DNA of 64,000 nt from Monocercomonoides exilis PA203. Its lineage: Eukaryota > Protista > Preaxostyla. The translations under genes were made by a program, and so were the position numbers. The notes under the pieces are model-generated. The model had not been told where the DNA came from and did no database searches. It saw only the letters and a list, made by a program, of their open reading frames with translations. The DNA lies in NCBI GenBank assembly GCA_001643675.2, contig LSRY02000052.1, positions 496,001 through 560,000 of the forward strand, written 5' to 3'. Below are positions 35,636-47,500 of this stretch, in pieces (position 1 is the first letter of the stretch; the number at the start of each line of letters is the position of its first letter).

Positions 35636-38600
35636 ATCCTATGTGACATGACAAGGAGATTTTGGAAAAACTCAGAAATGACAGACATGACTTTTTCAAT
35701 TTGTCCTTTCTTTTGTCACTCAAATTGAATAAGTGAAAATAATAACAATTGCTAATTATTTCGTTTTTAAACGAGAATCAGATTATTTATGTTTTTGAAA
35801 TTTTTTACTCAACTTTCCATGAAAATCATAACACTTTTAAATCATTTTTTTGCAAGTGACAAATTGATCAAATAATTATATTGTGGTTTTGTCACTTGTC
35901 AGATCTGTCACTGACATGTCAGATCTGTCATTTTGTCATTTTATCATTTTTTGATATACGCATTTAATTGAGAGGAAACATAAAAGCCAATGCATTTCAT
36001 TTGTTTTCGTGACATGATCTCATTTGTCATAAATTGATCTGATAATACAGAATTTATTTTGTTGATTGCTTCAAATGATTTTTCAGTTATCGAAGTGTTT
36101 GATGAAAAACGTTTATGTTTTTTCTGTTCTTGTTTCAGTTTTCATTTTTCTATTTTTGAAAAAACTGCTGAAAAAAATTTCCTGTAATGAGAATTCACCA
36201 TTTCCATTAACAGTTTTTTTATTGACACCTCAAAAGCAAAGAGCTCTAAATGTTTTTCAAATTTACACTGTATCGCTTTTATTTTCTTATTAAGTCTTGC
36301 CAAACATTTGCAGTTTTATATCACTGTCTTATTTGTTAAGTTTACAAAAATCACAAAAATTCAACGTTTCAAAACTATTTTTTATCAACAACGAAAAACA
36401 AATGAAAATCACATATATTTTATTGTCAAGAATTAATATTAATATTAAATACAAGCAAGAGTTAAAAAAACAAATTTCTTTTACAAAAGAAAATGAGAAC
36501 ATAGAAATCATTGATGTGTGAATGAATCCTTTCAAGTTCTCTAGAGTCATCGAGAAAAAATTAGAGAAGGTGATTTTCAGGCTGGAAGACGATTGTCTGC
36601 TTTACGAAATGCTGTTTCGGCCAGATTGGCTGTTGCCCACAAAAAGTTGAATCTCAGATGCTGATAGCACCTATTGAGATCGACAACGCTCCATCATTTG
36701 CTTTTGCCAAATTGAGATTGATGATGAATGCTGTTGTGTTGCACAGATCAACGATGAAATGCTGTGACTGCTGTACCTTTTTGTTTTTGAATAGCATTCC
36801 ATATGAGATCTTCAATAATTCACACCACTAACGAGAGTTCGAGTGTATTTCTCACGAGAACAATATTTCCTTGGAGTATTTGTTTTTCTGCTTCGCTGCC
36901 AGAGAATGGATCACGTCGCAAACAGTCGCAGTTGAACAGGACAAAAAGTGCAGATGGGGAAGACACAAAAGGCACAGACGAGCCGAAGGAGGTGCTGGCA
37001 CCTGTATAAGTTCAATCGAAGAAAGAAGAGTCGGAAAAAGCGAGATCTTCTTCGGCTAAAAAGGGGAGGCATATGATTCCGCACCATGAAAACACCAAAT
37101 GAAACGAAGCTAATTTGGATGCAGAGACACTCTGGCGCAGATTGAAAGCAAAAGCCACTGAAGGAAAATATTAGTGAGTTCTATGTTGTTGATAGCGGTG
37201 GAGAGGAGAAATGATGAGAAAGAGAAAACAAGATTCAAGATGGAGTAGTTGAAGACAGTCAAGGGATTACCTCTGATGGCGAGCATGGAGGAGTTGAGTT
37301 GCACTGTGTGCAGCAGGAGAGATGGAAAACTAAGCAGGATGGACAAAGGAGAGGAAGAGACTGCTGCAGGCGTGGTGTTTTGCAAAACTGCCAGAGTGTG
37401 AAAATGATAAGTCGAAGAGGAAGATCAGACACTCCAACGGGAAGTTTGCGTAGGAAACGAGGATGGCGAGGTAGTGTTGGATTGTTGCATCGAGATGGAT
37501 AAGCGCATAGGACGGGGACTCGAACTAGCGGATGCTCACTCTGGTTTAAAAGTTCTTTTTTTGTTGTATTTTGGAAAACTTCTTCGAATCAGCTCTATTC
37601 AATAACTGTATTTTAATCTGCTTCATTGACGCATCTTATCCTTTCAGCTGCACTCTTTGATATGTTCAATCAGCTTTCCCCTTCCAGCTCAACATTCTTC
37701 GTCGTCAAATTTTTGATGTTCAGAATCGTTAAAAATAACACAGAAACATCATATTTTAAAAAGCTGAGTGATTGCATTGTCACAAATTTCAATTGAACAG
37801 TGCCTTTATCTGCTTTGATCAGCCCATGACTAGTCGAATCTTCTCCGCTTTCTTCATTTTTTTGTGAATGAGCAGTCTTTAAGAGATAATTATCCTTCAT
37901 TTGAGCCTTCTTGAATTAAAACAGTCACATTATCCACAAAGAAAAATTGAACAAGAAGTCTATCAGCTTAGAATTGGTAATGCAAAAAATCTTTATTGCT
38001 GCTTCTTCTTCTCCCTCTGCTTTTTCGATTAAGACGCAGCACTCCAAAGAACAGAACTTTTCGCAATTGCCCGACTTAACAGAAACTCCGCTGAAATAGA
38101 CAAATTTCTGAAGAAGTACTTTTTTACTGATTTAAATATTCCTTTCACTTCCATTGGGAAGTCCCTTCAAAGTCTAATCGATCGATAGGTGCGGATAATC
38201 TTTGAACCCATAGGTATCCATATCTTTAACTTAGTTTCCGATAAATATCTCTAGCCAATCGCTCTTTTGAAATACACCAATGGAATAGCATTCGTTGTGT
38301 CATTCCCATCAAATCCTCTCATCGAATCCAATGAAATATCAACCAGATTCTCAGAAACAAATGGAAGAGATGTGTTTGTGATGCTCTTTGTCAAGTTTGA
38401 TGATTCAACAAACAGATCATTTCCTTATCTTGCAGCATTTGGCTTGTCTGCCTTATACACCGGCGAAGAGATCATTAACGAAGAATCCTCATTCACCAAC
38501 TTCAGAGCCATTCCCACGCCAAAGCCAATCTTCACTTCTTTTTATTGTGTTCTGTATCCTGTAAATGTGCATGAAGAAAAATTTACTTCTGCGTTCCCTT

Positions 38601-39268
38601 TCAAATGAGCATTAATAGAAATTCTTCTGTTTTCGCTCGATAGCATTCAATTCTCCCGGAAAACGCGATTTTTGATGTTTTTTTTGAGAGTTTTCCCTTT
38701 CAAAATTGCCACATAAAAATATATTCCCATTGTCCCTGCTTTTTGAAATCTATTCTGTTGCCTTTAAACTGTATCGGTTGATAGAAAAAAGTTGTCTGCT
38801 TTTACGTCTTATCAAACACTCGTTTTTAAAAACCACTTGAATGTGCACATTTATTAAATATTGTGAAAAAGAATAATCGTTATATTTCTCTTAAAAATTG
38901 CGTTTTTTTGCAAACTTTTTGTTTTCATGATAAGAATGCTGACAGAAGCCTAATCTCCTTCGATTTCATCAATTATGATGTGTAATTAACTTTCAGTTAC
39001 GTTTGTTCATTCGAGGAGATTTTTCGTTGCTTGATTGCATCTTCTCAATGTGAAATAATATTTATTCTAAAAAATTTCAAATAATGTTTTATTTATGGTT
39101 CAAAAAAAGAAGAATCGTATTAAAAATGAAGGTTCAAAATAATGTCTGACAAAAAAAATGAATGAATATGTACTTTTCACTCGATTGCACATATATTAAT
39201 TTAAAAATGGGATATTCTGATCTAATTTGACCGAAACGACTTTAATGATTTGTCATGTCACACAGGCC
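35636..39268. mobile_element. Possible non-autonomous DNA element with ~20-bp TIRs (CCTRTGTGACATGACAA...TTGTCATGTCACACAGG) enclosing a host-gene fragment
   Basis: 35638-35653 CCTATGTGACATGACA is inverted at 39251-39266 (1 mismatch). TTA/TAA flanks. TGTCA/TGACA-rich left subterminal region. Confidence 0.35.
36560..38700 (-). pseudogene. Decayed internal fragment of a paralog of the Pmp-like receptor gene
   Basis: 38270-38610 aligns to 29340-29680 (GNDLFVESSNLTKSITNTSLPFVSE..DISLDS.RGFDGNDTTNAIPLVYF). 37550-38260 matches 28660-29340. ~37300-37540 resembles DVSIRSLQSPSSA...FSYSGS. Many stops and frameshifts; boundaries approximate. Confidence 0.85.
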
Positions 39269-39375
39269 TAATATGTGTAATAATTTTTGAAATCATAACT
39301 TGTTTCGCGGTGTTAATTGTTCAAACTTTTTTTGTCGTTGGGAAGTGGTTTTATTTTCAAATTGCAAATTCATCT

Positions 39376-40324
39376 GGGTCATTATTTTTCTAATCGTAAT
39401 TTTGTTAGAAGAAATATCTTTATTTTCATAATTGTGGTATGAAATGAAAAAAGAAATAATATTTAATCAAACTCAAATAAAAATCTATAATTTGCAATAA
39501 CTGGAATTGTGAGGTTTCGTGATGCTAAAAAATTTTTACATTAAAAATTTCTAAATAAATACATGTTATATAGTAAGTGTTAATAATGGTGGACACTTTC
39601 AATAACTGTGGACAGTGGTATTAACTTAACAACCGTTGATAGTTGCATTTTGACAATTAACCCAATTTTTACGTCATTGAATATGAACAAATATGAATAG
39701 TTTTTATCTTTCTTCCAACTCAACAAAATTGTTTATGAATTATTTTCATTTTTCGAAGAAACTCGGAGAAGTTAGATTTTCCGAGTTTCTCCGAAAAAAA
39801 TAACTATTTTGTAATATCACCGTGTTGAATGAATGATTAAAACAATTTGCATAAGTTTGTATTCAATGAGGGAATAATTGGGCTTGTTGTCAAAAAACAG
39901 CTGTCAACGGTTGTTAAGTTAATACCACTGTCCACAGTTATTGAAAGTGTCCACCATTATTAACACTTACTATATAACATGTATTTATTTAGAAATTTTT
40001 AATGTAAAAATTTTTTAGCATCACGAAACCTCACAATTCCAGTTATTGCAAATTATAGATTTTTATTTGAGTTTGATTAAATATTATTTCTTTTTTCATT
40101 TCATACCACAATTATGAAAATAAAGATATTTCTTCTAACAAAATTACGATTAGAAAAATAATGACTTATCTCTTATGTTTCAAAAACAAATATCTTTCTT
40201 GAATAAGCATGTGGATGTCTCTGATAAGCCTTATCATTTTTCAGTGTTCATTTGTTAATATTCAAATGATAATTTCGAATTGAAATTTTTGTTTGAAAAA
40301 ATGAGAAATTAAAATTTATCACCC
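39376..40324. mobile_element. Nested GGG...CCC MITE copy disrupted by the 788-bp palindrome
   Basis: Left end GGGTCATTATTTTTCTAATCGTAA. 40166-40324 is homologous to the 3' half of MITE 40558-40815 and ends in TATCACCC. TSD not preserved (ATCT/AGTT). Confidence 0.5.
39378..40165. repeat. 788-bp palindrome: perfect 262-bp arms (39378..39639 / 39904..40165) around a 264-bp imperfect hairpin core
   Basis: Arms read as exact reverse complements (coordinate sum 79543). The core stays partly self-complementary down to TTTTCGAAGAAACTCGGAGAA-gttaga-TTTTCCGAGTTTCTCCGAAAA. Confidence 0.95.
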
Positions 40325-40557
40325 AGTTATCTTTAATTAATATTTTCACTTTTCAGTGTTCTTTTGTTTATGTTTTAGTGAAATTATCGCACCGATAATT
40401 TTGAATGATAAAATATGATTTCGAAAATAAACACACATATGTGAATCATTTCGATAAGTCGCAACAGAAATATTTTATGTATTTACGGAACATATCATTT
40501 TTTATTTGTTTTCCCATCCAACCCATCAAGTTATTCAATGGAATAACAAAAACATGT

Positions 40558-40815
40558 GGGTGATTATTATTGAAATCATATCTTTTTTCGAAGCGCTTAT
40601 TTTTGAAAGATTGTCAGTTTTTTGAAAGAAAATTTGTATTCAAAAGAGAAAAAGCTTGATAATTGTTTTTTAAACTACTAATGGTTTTTCCGAATCATAG
40701 ATTAAAATGCATTCAATAAGCCTTTTCACTTTTCAAAATTTTTTATAGATATTCAAAAAATATTTTTGAACCGTAATTTTTAAATGAAAAAATATGATTT
40801 CAAAAATAATCACCC
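40558..40815. mobile_element. 258-bp MITE, GGGTGATT...AATCACCC, TSD ATGT/ATAT
   Basis: 29-bp TIRs with 2 mismatches. Flanks ATGT (40554-57) and ATAT (40816-19). Confidence 0.8.
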
Positions 40816-41030
40816 ATATTAATATTAAAAAATTTTTTCTTTATTTCTTTTCTTTTTTATTTTTGACAGACGAGGCTTCAAGTTATTTGTCAGGTCGCAG
40901 AGGTATATTGGAAATATTACTGTTTTATTTTATTTTATTTTATTTCATATTTTTTTTTATTTTTTTTTTTTTTTCATTTCTTTTTTATCATAAAAAATCA
41001 CTCTTTTTCTATAAAATTGTTTTGATATGT

Positions 41031-41285
41031 GGGTGATAATTTTTGAAATCATAACTTTTTTCGGAGTGTTGTTTTTATGAAAATTCATTATCATTTGCTG
41101 AATAATTGTCATTTAAACATAAAAAGTTTATCATTTGTTTCAAAAGCCGAAGTTAGACTTGAAATAATTGAAGCTGCATCATTAAAAAAATTCAATTTCT
41201 TTTCATGGTCCATTTATGAATATCCTTTTCAAATTTTCCAACCAAAATTATAGACAGAAAAAATTTGATTTGAAAATAATCACCC
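41031..41285. mobile_element. 255-bp MITE, GGGTGATA...AATCACCC, perfect TSD ATGT
   Basis: ATGT at 41027-30 and 41286-89. Degenerate TIRs. Interior resembles 40558-40815. Confidence 0.8.
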
Positions 41286-41581
41286 ATGTATTTTTGTAGG
41301 TTTATAGAAAAGAAAACATATAAATAATAAAAATAAAAATAAAAAGAAATTGTTAAAAAAATGATTAAAAAATTGTATTGTGAGGCTCGTGGATCAATCT
41401 TTAGCTTTTTTATTGATGTTGACAGAATAATAATAATTTTGAGAGAAGAAAGAGCGTATAAATATTTATTTTTATTTCAAATTCAAAGACACATGAATAA
41501 TTAACATTCGAATATTTTTTCTGATTCCTTTCAAATCGCCCTTAATAAATTATAAATAATTTCAATGAATGTGGAAAATTG

Positions 41582-44500
41582 ATGGATTTACCTCTAACAC
41601 ATCATGATTTAGGGTTTTTGCAAAATAACACTTTAATAAAAAATGAAATACGCACGCTTATTGAAGAATTTTTTATGACAAATTCTGAATTCGAATGTGA
41701 ATGCCTTCTAAATGTGTCAGCACTTGATCCAATAGAGTATTTTATTGTTGGCCAAAACTGTAATTTACTGATTGCATCAATGATATGTGATTCAAAAAGA
41801 GTCATCATTTCTAATGATTTTTTGCAGTCATATCCGTATGATAACGAGAAAACTTTGAAAAAGCACAAGCTGGTTTTGTGCTTTATCAAATCGGAAGAGT
41901 GCGCTTTAACAAAAGAAAATTTTCATGAAAAAGTTAAAATTGTGTTTTCTTCTGGAGATTCAATGTCTTTTTTTGAAACATTTCTTGAATGTGGAGTAAT
42001 TCCTTCTCTTCAAGAATTCGGAGCCACTTTCGAATCCGAAGAATTAAATAACACTTCAGATTTTACAAATGTTAGGAAAAAATGCTTCAAAGATCTTCAG
42101 GCACGCACTGAAGCGATGGCTCAGCAACTTTTGGTTGATGCTAGAGATCAGTTGACAGCAAGTAGTGTATGCTTAATTTATTCAACAAAGCAAGAAAAAT
42201 ATTCTTTCATTTTGTTACATTTGATTATTTTTTATAATGTTTTGTGATTTAGGGTCAGGAAGTTGTACTCTTTCGACCTCAAATCATCAATGGAACTCAC
42301 ATATTGTATCGGGTAGAGGATCAATTTCTTTTTCTTGAGAGTTTGGTTGCGACTCCAACTAATGAAAAGCAAAGGAAAATGAAAAAGGCCTCAGATTTGG
42401 TTGAATTCTGGTGCAAACGGGTGGATGTGCTTGAAGAAACGAAGAATAATCTGGACAACTTTTGGCTGAAACAACTTGACATTGCCAGACGAAAAGAATT
42501 AGCAACACTGAAAAAGCGAGCAAGGCATCAGTTGATGATTGCTCGTGCAAACAAGAGATGCCTTCAATCTATTTCTGGATTTTTGACTCCTTTTTTAACT
42601 GCCTCCCCGCAGAAGTTTGCTGACTCTCTGAAAACGCTCCATGTTTTCATTCGACTTCTTTTTTCTGTTGCAGAATCGACCCACTGGGCAGTTTCGTACA
42701 GGCCTTTTTTGGATCTGTGCGCAAGAGACTTTGTTCGGAAAGCGCGGCAGCACATTTTGTTTGGCACAACCGATGAAGAGATTCGCTCCTGTGTTGAAGA
42801 AGTGATAACCTTCCGAAAGAACTTGATTGACGATGAAGAAAGGATGGTTCAGGCAGAAGGAGGATTGGGATTCAGCAAAAGAAGGTTGGGGCAGGAATTC
42901 GAGGATGCTTCAGATGAACAGCTGCTGGATCCTGCAAAAGCAATAGAAAAATTACATGAAGACGCTTCAATGCGACTCGCAGACTCTGGTGCTAATAATG
43001 AAAGAGGAGCCAGAAGTAAAACCAAATCCAAAGGATTGAGCATTTTTAATTTCGACAGCAAAAATTATTTTCGCAACGAAGAAGAAAGCAGAAGTGATGA
43101 TAGAGAAGAAACTGCGGAGAATGAGCTTGAAGAGGATTTCATAGGAGAAGGAGGACTTGTTCCTTCTGCAAATGACTCGACTCAGGAAGAGTTCGAAAGA
43201 AGATGGGCAGAATGCCTCGACTCCATCGACAATGTGAGTGCCGAGGAAGTCGAAAAGGAGCTGAAACGCGAGCAGCTCGAAGCATATTCAGAAGCTGTCA
43301 GCTGGCTGAGCAGAACAATCTTCGGAGAACGGGAACTGGCCTTCCGGGCGCAAGCTGTGAGTGTTGCTGCTGCACAACTGAAGGAAACAGTGCTGCGATG
43401 CCATCAGCGCACATCAGACATCTCACAAAGGAAATCTGCTGCAAAAACAACAACTACAACAACTTTAACAACTTTAACTTCGTCACCCACAGCGTCTTCA
43501 AATGAATCAGATAGACAAATTCATGCTCCTGAATTTGACCATCCGTCTGGAATAGAACATGATGCAGATCTTCTGGAGACTTTCCAGCTGCTCGACAATC
43601 TGTGCGAGCAATGTTCTCTGATCTCAAGCTTCACTCAGCTGTTCAGCTGCATCCATCCAATCAGCAATCTTTCACTAACAGGCCCTTCGTCAGCCACTGG
43701 GGTTGGTATTCTTGTGCAGATTCGGAAGGAGTTTTTGCGCTATTCGCACGTTCTGCTGCACAATCCGTTCCTTTTCTTCCACAAAATCGCTACGAAGCGG
43801 AAGCGGCGTGTGGTTCAGCTGTTTGCCGATGACATCTCTCGGTACATTGGCTCGGCTGTTGTGGAGCTGCTGACAGGAACAAGCAACATCAGCCAGGCAG
43901 TAGTCATCATCATGGAGATGCTGTTTGTCGTCGACCATCCGCTCATCTCGGAGACAGTGCTGAACAAGCGCGAAGGCATCCTCTCAATTGGCGAGAGCTG
44001 CCTTGCTGCCATCGTGGAGGCATACAAACGCACTCTGTCTCCGCTCTCGATTGTGCCGAGCATCCCGCAGAACTTCACTCAGCTGATGGCACTGCACATG
44101 CTGAAGAGGCAGACTGATATTGTCAACGTGTTCTGCGAAGTGCTGCTGAAACTCACTCCAAACGGAAGCTCCATCCGCAGACTGCTCAGACAGCGCGAGC
44201 AGCTGGCTGCCAATAAAAATGCAGCATCAGGTCTCGAAAGTCATTCTTCTATTCTTCCTTCTTCTTCTACTTCTACTTATTCTTCTTCGGCATCATTATC
44301 ATCATCATCATTCATTTCGCGCATTTCTAGCACTTCAACTGCACTTCCCATTTCGCTCACTTCGTACACTTTTCCACTTCACTCGTCCGATCCTTCTTTT
44401 GCCTGCTTCACTCAGCTGAGTATCGCATGTACTGAAGACATTATGAGGCTCCTTCAGCAGGTCACCGAGCTCAGCAGCTCCATCCAGGACTCATACAGCA

Positions 44501-47500
44501 AGCGACTGACCAGCTGGCTGCACACACTGGAAGTCTACCAAAAAGACCAGTTCCAGGAAAGCTGCTTCGTCCAACAGCGTCCAGGCGTTCTCGAAAGCAC
44601 AGTCATCCAAATGGAGCAGTATGCATCCCTTCTTCGCGTCTTCCACATTTCGCAGGGTTTCGTGTCTTCGATGCCTATACAGGCACAAGCCAATGCCCGC
44701 CAGCTGGAGCAGCTACTGGTGCAGAGGCAGCGACTGGAGTACTTTATTAGCGAGTATTTGAAGTTCCACCGGACAGTCAAGCCGCTATATGTGCAGTGGC
44801 TGCACACGTCGGTGAAGGTGGTGGATCAGCTTGTGGAGCGCGGGCTGACTGCAGTCACGTGGCAGAGCGTGGAGCTTGTACCTTTCATTTCGGAGTGCCT
44901 CGAATCGCTGGCTGTGCTTCAGAAGGAGCTGAGACTGCTGAAAGAAGGCAAAGCCGCATTTGAGAGCGAGCTGCTGTTGATGAAGCAGACGTTGGTGTTC
45001 CAATTTCCGGAGACAGTTCTGATGGAAGAGGAGTTCGAAAGCGAAATCGACGCAGCCATTTCGAAGAAGCAGGAAGAAGTGCGCATCTACAATGTGCATC
45101 TCGAACACATCAAGTACAACATTATCTCATCCATCAAAGGCGCCACCGACGAAGCAACAATGAACGAGTTCTTTGAGAAGCTGCAGGAAAAGAAGCGTTC
45201 TGTTCTGCGGTCGTTTGTCAATACAACGCTGAAGTATGCACTCTCTCGCATAAGCTCAGAAACAGCAATGATCGAAATCCCGCTGATGATCAAAGGAAAC
45301 GTACTGGTTCTGAATCTCCACTGTGCCAAGGACTCGAATCAATCTGACGGAGCTGTGGCAGAAAGTGCTTCTTCTTCCTCTCCGCTGCAATCTCCTCTGA
45401 GAATTGTTTCCTCATCGTTTCTATCCCAACAGCAAACGCCTCACTCGCAGAATACATTGGATCATCGCCATTTACAGCGCCAGCAGTTGTACAGTGCAGA
45501 AAGCGATTCTGCAGAAGATCTGAATCTTGTCCAGCTGTTTGACAACTTGATTGGAAAGCTGATGGAAATTGTGGACGATGAAGAGATGGCTGAAACGCAG
45601 GTACTCACTCAACAGCTTTCAACAGAACTAATTGAACTTGAGAGGCGTTGCATACACTTCTGCAACGAGCTGATGAGCAACTATTCGTTTATGTGGACAA
45701 ACTCGTCAAATGAAGCATTTTCCCGTTTTGTTGCGCTGCCTCTGCATTCCTCAGAAGAACCTACTATTCCTCGCATTCCTCAATCCTTTATTGATTTGCT
45801 CAAGGCAGCGCAGGCAATGCAGAAGGAGAAGATCGAATGGAGCAAACAGCATCTTCCGTCAATGAGACACGGGGCAAGCGCGCTGATGAAAAATGCAATC
45901 AGCGGAACAAAAGTCGAAAATGATTGGAGATGGATTGATGGTTCTTCCGGCGGGAAGGGCGACATAGACGGATTTAAAGCAGGCGATGGAGGAAAATTGG
46001 TTAATCCTCCGCTGCGAGAATGGACTGAGCAAATCAACTCGATCCAGAGGATGAACGACGGAATCAAAGGCATCGCTGAGAAAGTGTCACTTGGATGGGT
46101 GCTGATCAACACATCTGCGTTTAAACAGGAGCTGTTTTCGCTGGCATCGCAGTGGGTCCTTCCTTTCACAAAGTTCATGGCAGACGGAGTGGCAGATGTG
46201 ACACGTCGTTGGGTTTCTCTGCAGAATCGAATTCATCAAATATTCGACCCATCGTTCACACACTTTTCCATCAGGCAGAAAATTGAAGTGATCCACACAA
46301 CGCGCAAAGCAACAGAAGGTGTGGTTGATGTGGATGCATTCTTTGCCAAGCTGAAGATGCGGCTGACGTGTCTCCAAAAGGTGATGGTGTATTGTCCTCA
46401 CCAGCTCACTTCTCAGGTGACTGAAGCAGAACGGATGTGGCGGACGTTCAAGCGAATGCAACTGGAATCATACACAGATCACATCCAGGCGATGGAACGC
46501 GATGTGCTCAGTGAGATTACAACAAGAGAGCAAGCACTGAAGCAGGATATCTCGCTCTTCATGAAAAGGTTGACTGACCCTTCCATTGCACCATTGACGT
46601 TGAGTGACAAATTGGACAAAGAACACATTGAATCTACACTGTTTGCGCTGAATGAAGAATCTGATGCACTTCAAGTGAAAGCAGAAGATATTAAGCGACT
46701 TCATGAATTGTTCACACAGAGAGAAAGCGAAGGAGGGTGGGATGAATTAAAGTGGTGTACCAGATTTATCGACAAGCTGATAAAATTGTGGGGACTTGTG
46801 TTTTCCACACGGCAGATGATGAATGAGTATCTCTTCAATGCAACGTGGAGAGAGTTTTGCTCTGATCCAATTCCGGCTGATTACTTTATGAAGCCAGAAG
46901 AGGTTTTGATGAGCGCGAAAGATGAGTTGAGCAACTTCAGTCTGTACAACGACTTCAAGAAGGAATTGATTGGATATTCAAAATCGTTCAAAGTTCTGAA
47001 TATGATCAAGCAAGCACCAGTCGAAGAGAGGCATTGGTCAGAATTGTTGGAGCAGATGGAAGTGAGCGATGCAGAAAGTCTTCTCAATCAAGCACAGAAC
47101 GGAACCCTCAAAATGAGCACTCTTTTCACCATCTGCACAGAAGCTGCGCAGCCTGGAATTGAAGTGGTGCTCGAGAAATGCCGCAAACAGGCTGAAATAT
47201 TGGAGTCAATTGAAGTGATTGAAGCACGATGGAACTTGATGGCTTTGCCGCTTGTGGTGGACAGCAATACAGCAGAGTCTACAGATGAATGTGCTGGCAC
47301 TGAAGACGAAGCAGCAGCTGATTACGCACTAGACACTTCAAAAACAGCGGACAAAAAAAGAAAAGCAAAGCAGCGAGACAAAAAGGAGAAAAAGAGCACA
47401 AAGCAAAGAGTATCATTTCCAGAGGTGGATGTGTCACAAAGCAACGGAATGATATTTCAGGCCAACAACGATTTGATGTCGTTGATGAATCTGATGACGA

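Larger units (their letters stand above)
39275..40436. mobile_element. Old MITE of the GGGTGAT family (termini GTGT...ACAC, TSD ATAT) expanded by nested insertions
   Basis: Left GTGTAATAATTTTTGAAATCATA vs reverse complement of right GTGTGTTTATTTTCGAAATCATA. ATAT at 39271-74 and 40437-40. Removing the inner unit leaves ~209 bp. Confidence 0.6.

Noticed and set aside
34521-41036. Short F/I/K-rich ORFs (34521, 36066, 36297, 36329, 40794)
   Set aside because: Chance ORFs in AT-rich intergenic or MITE DNA.
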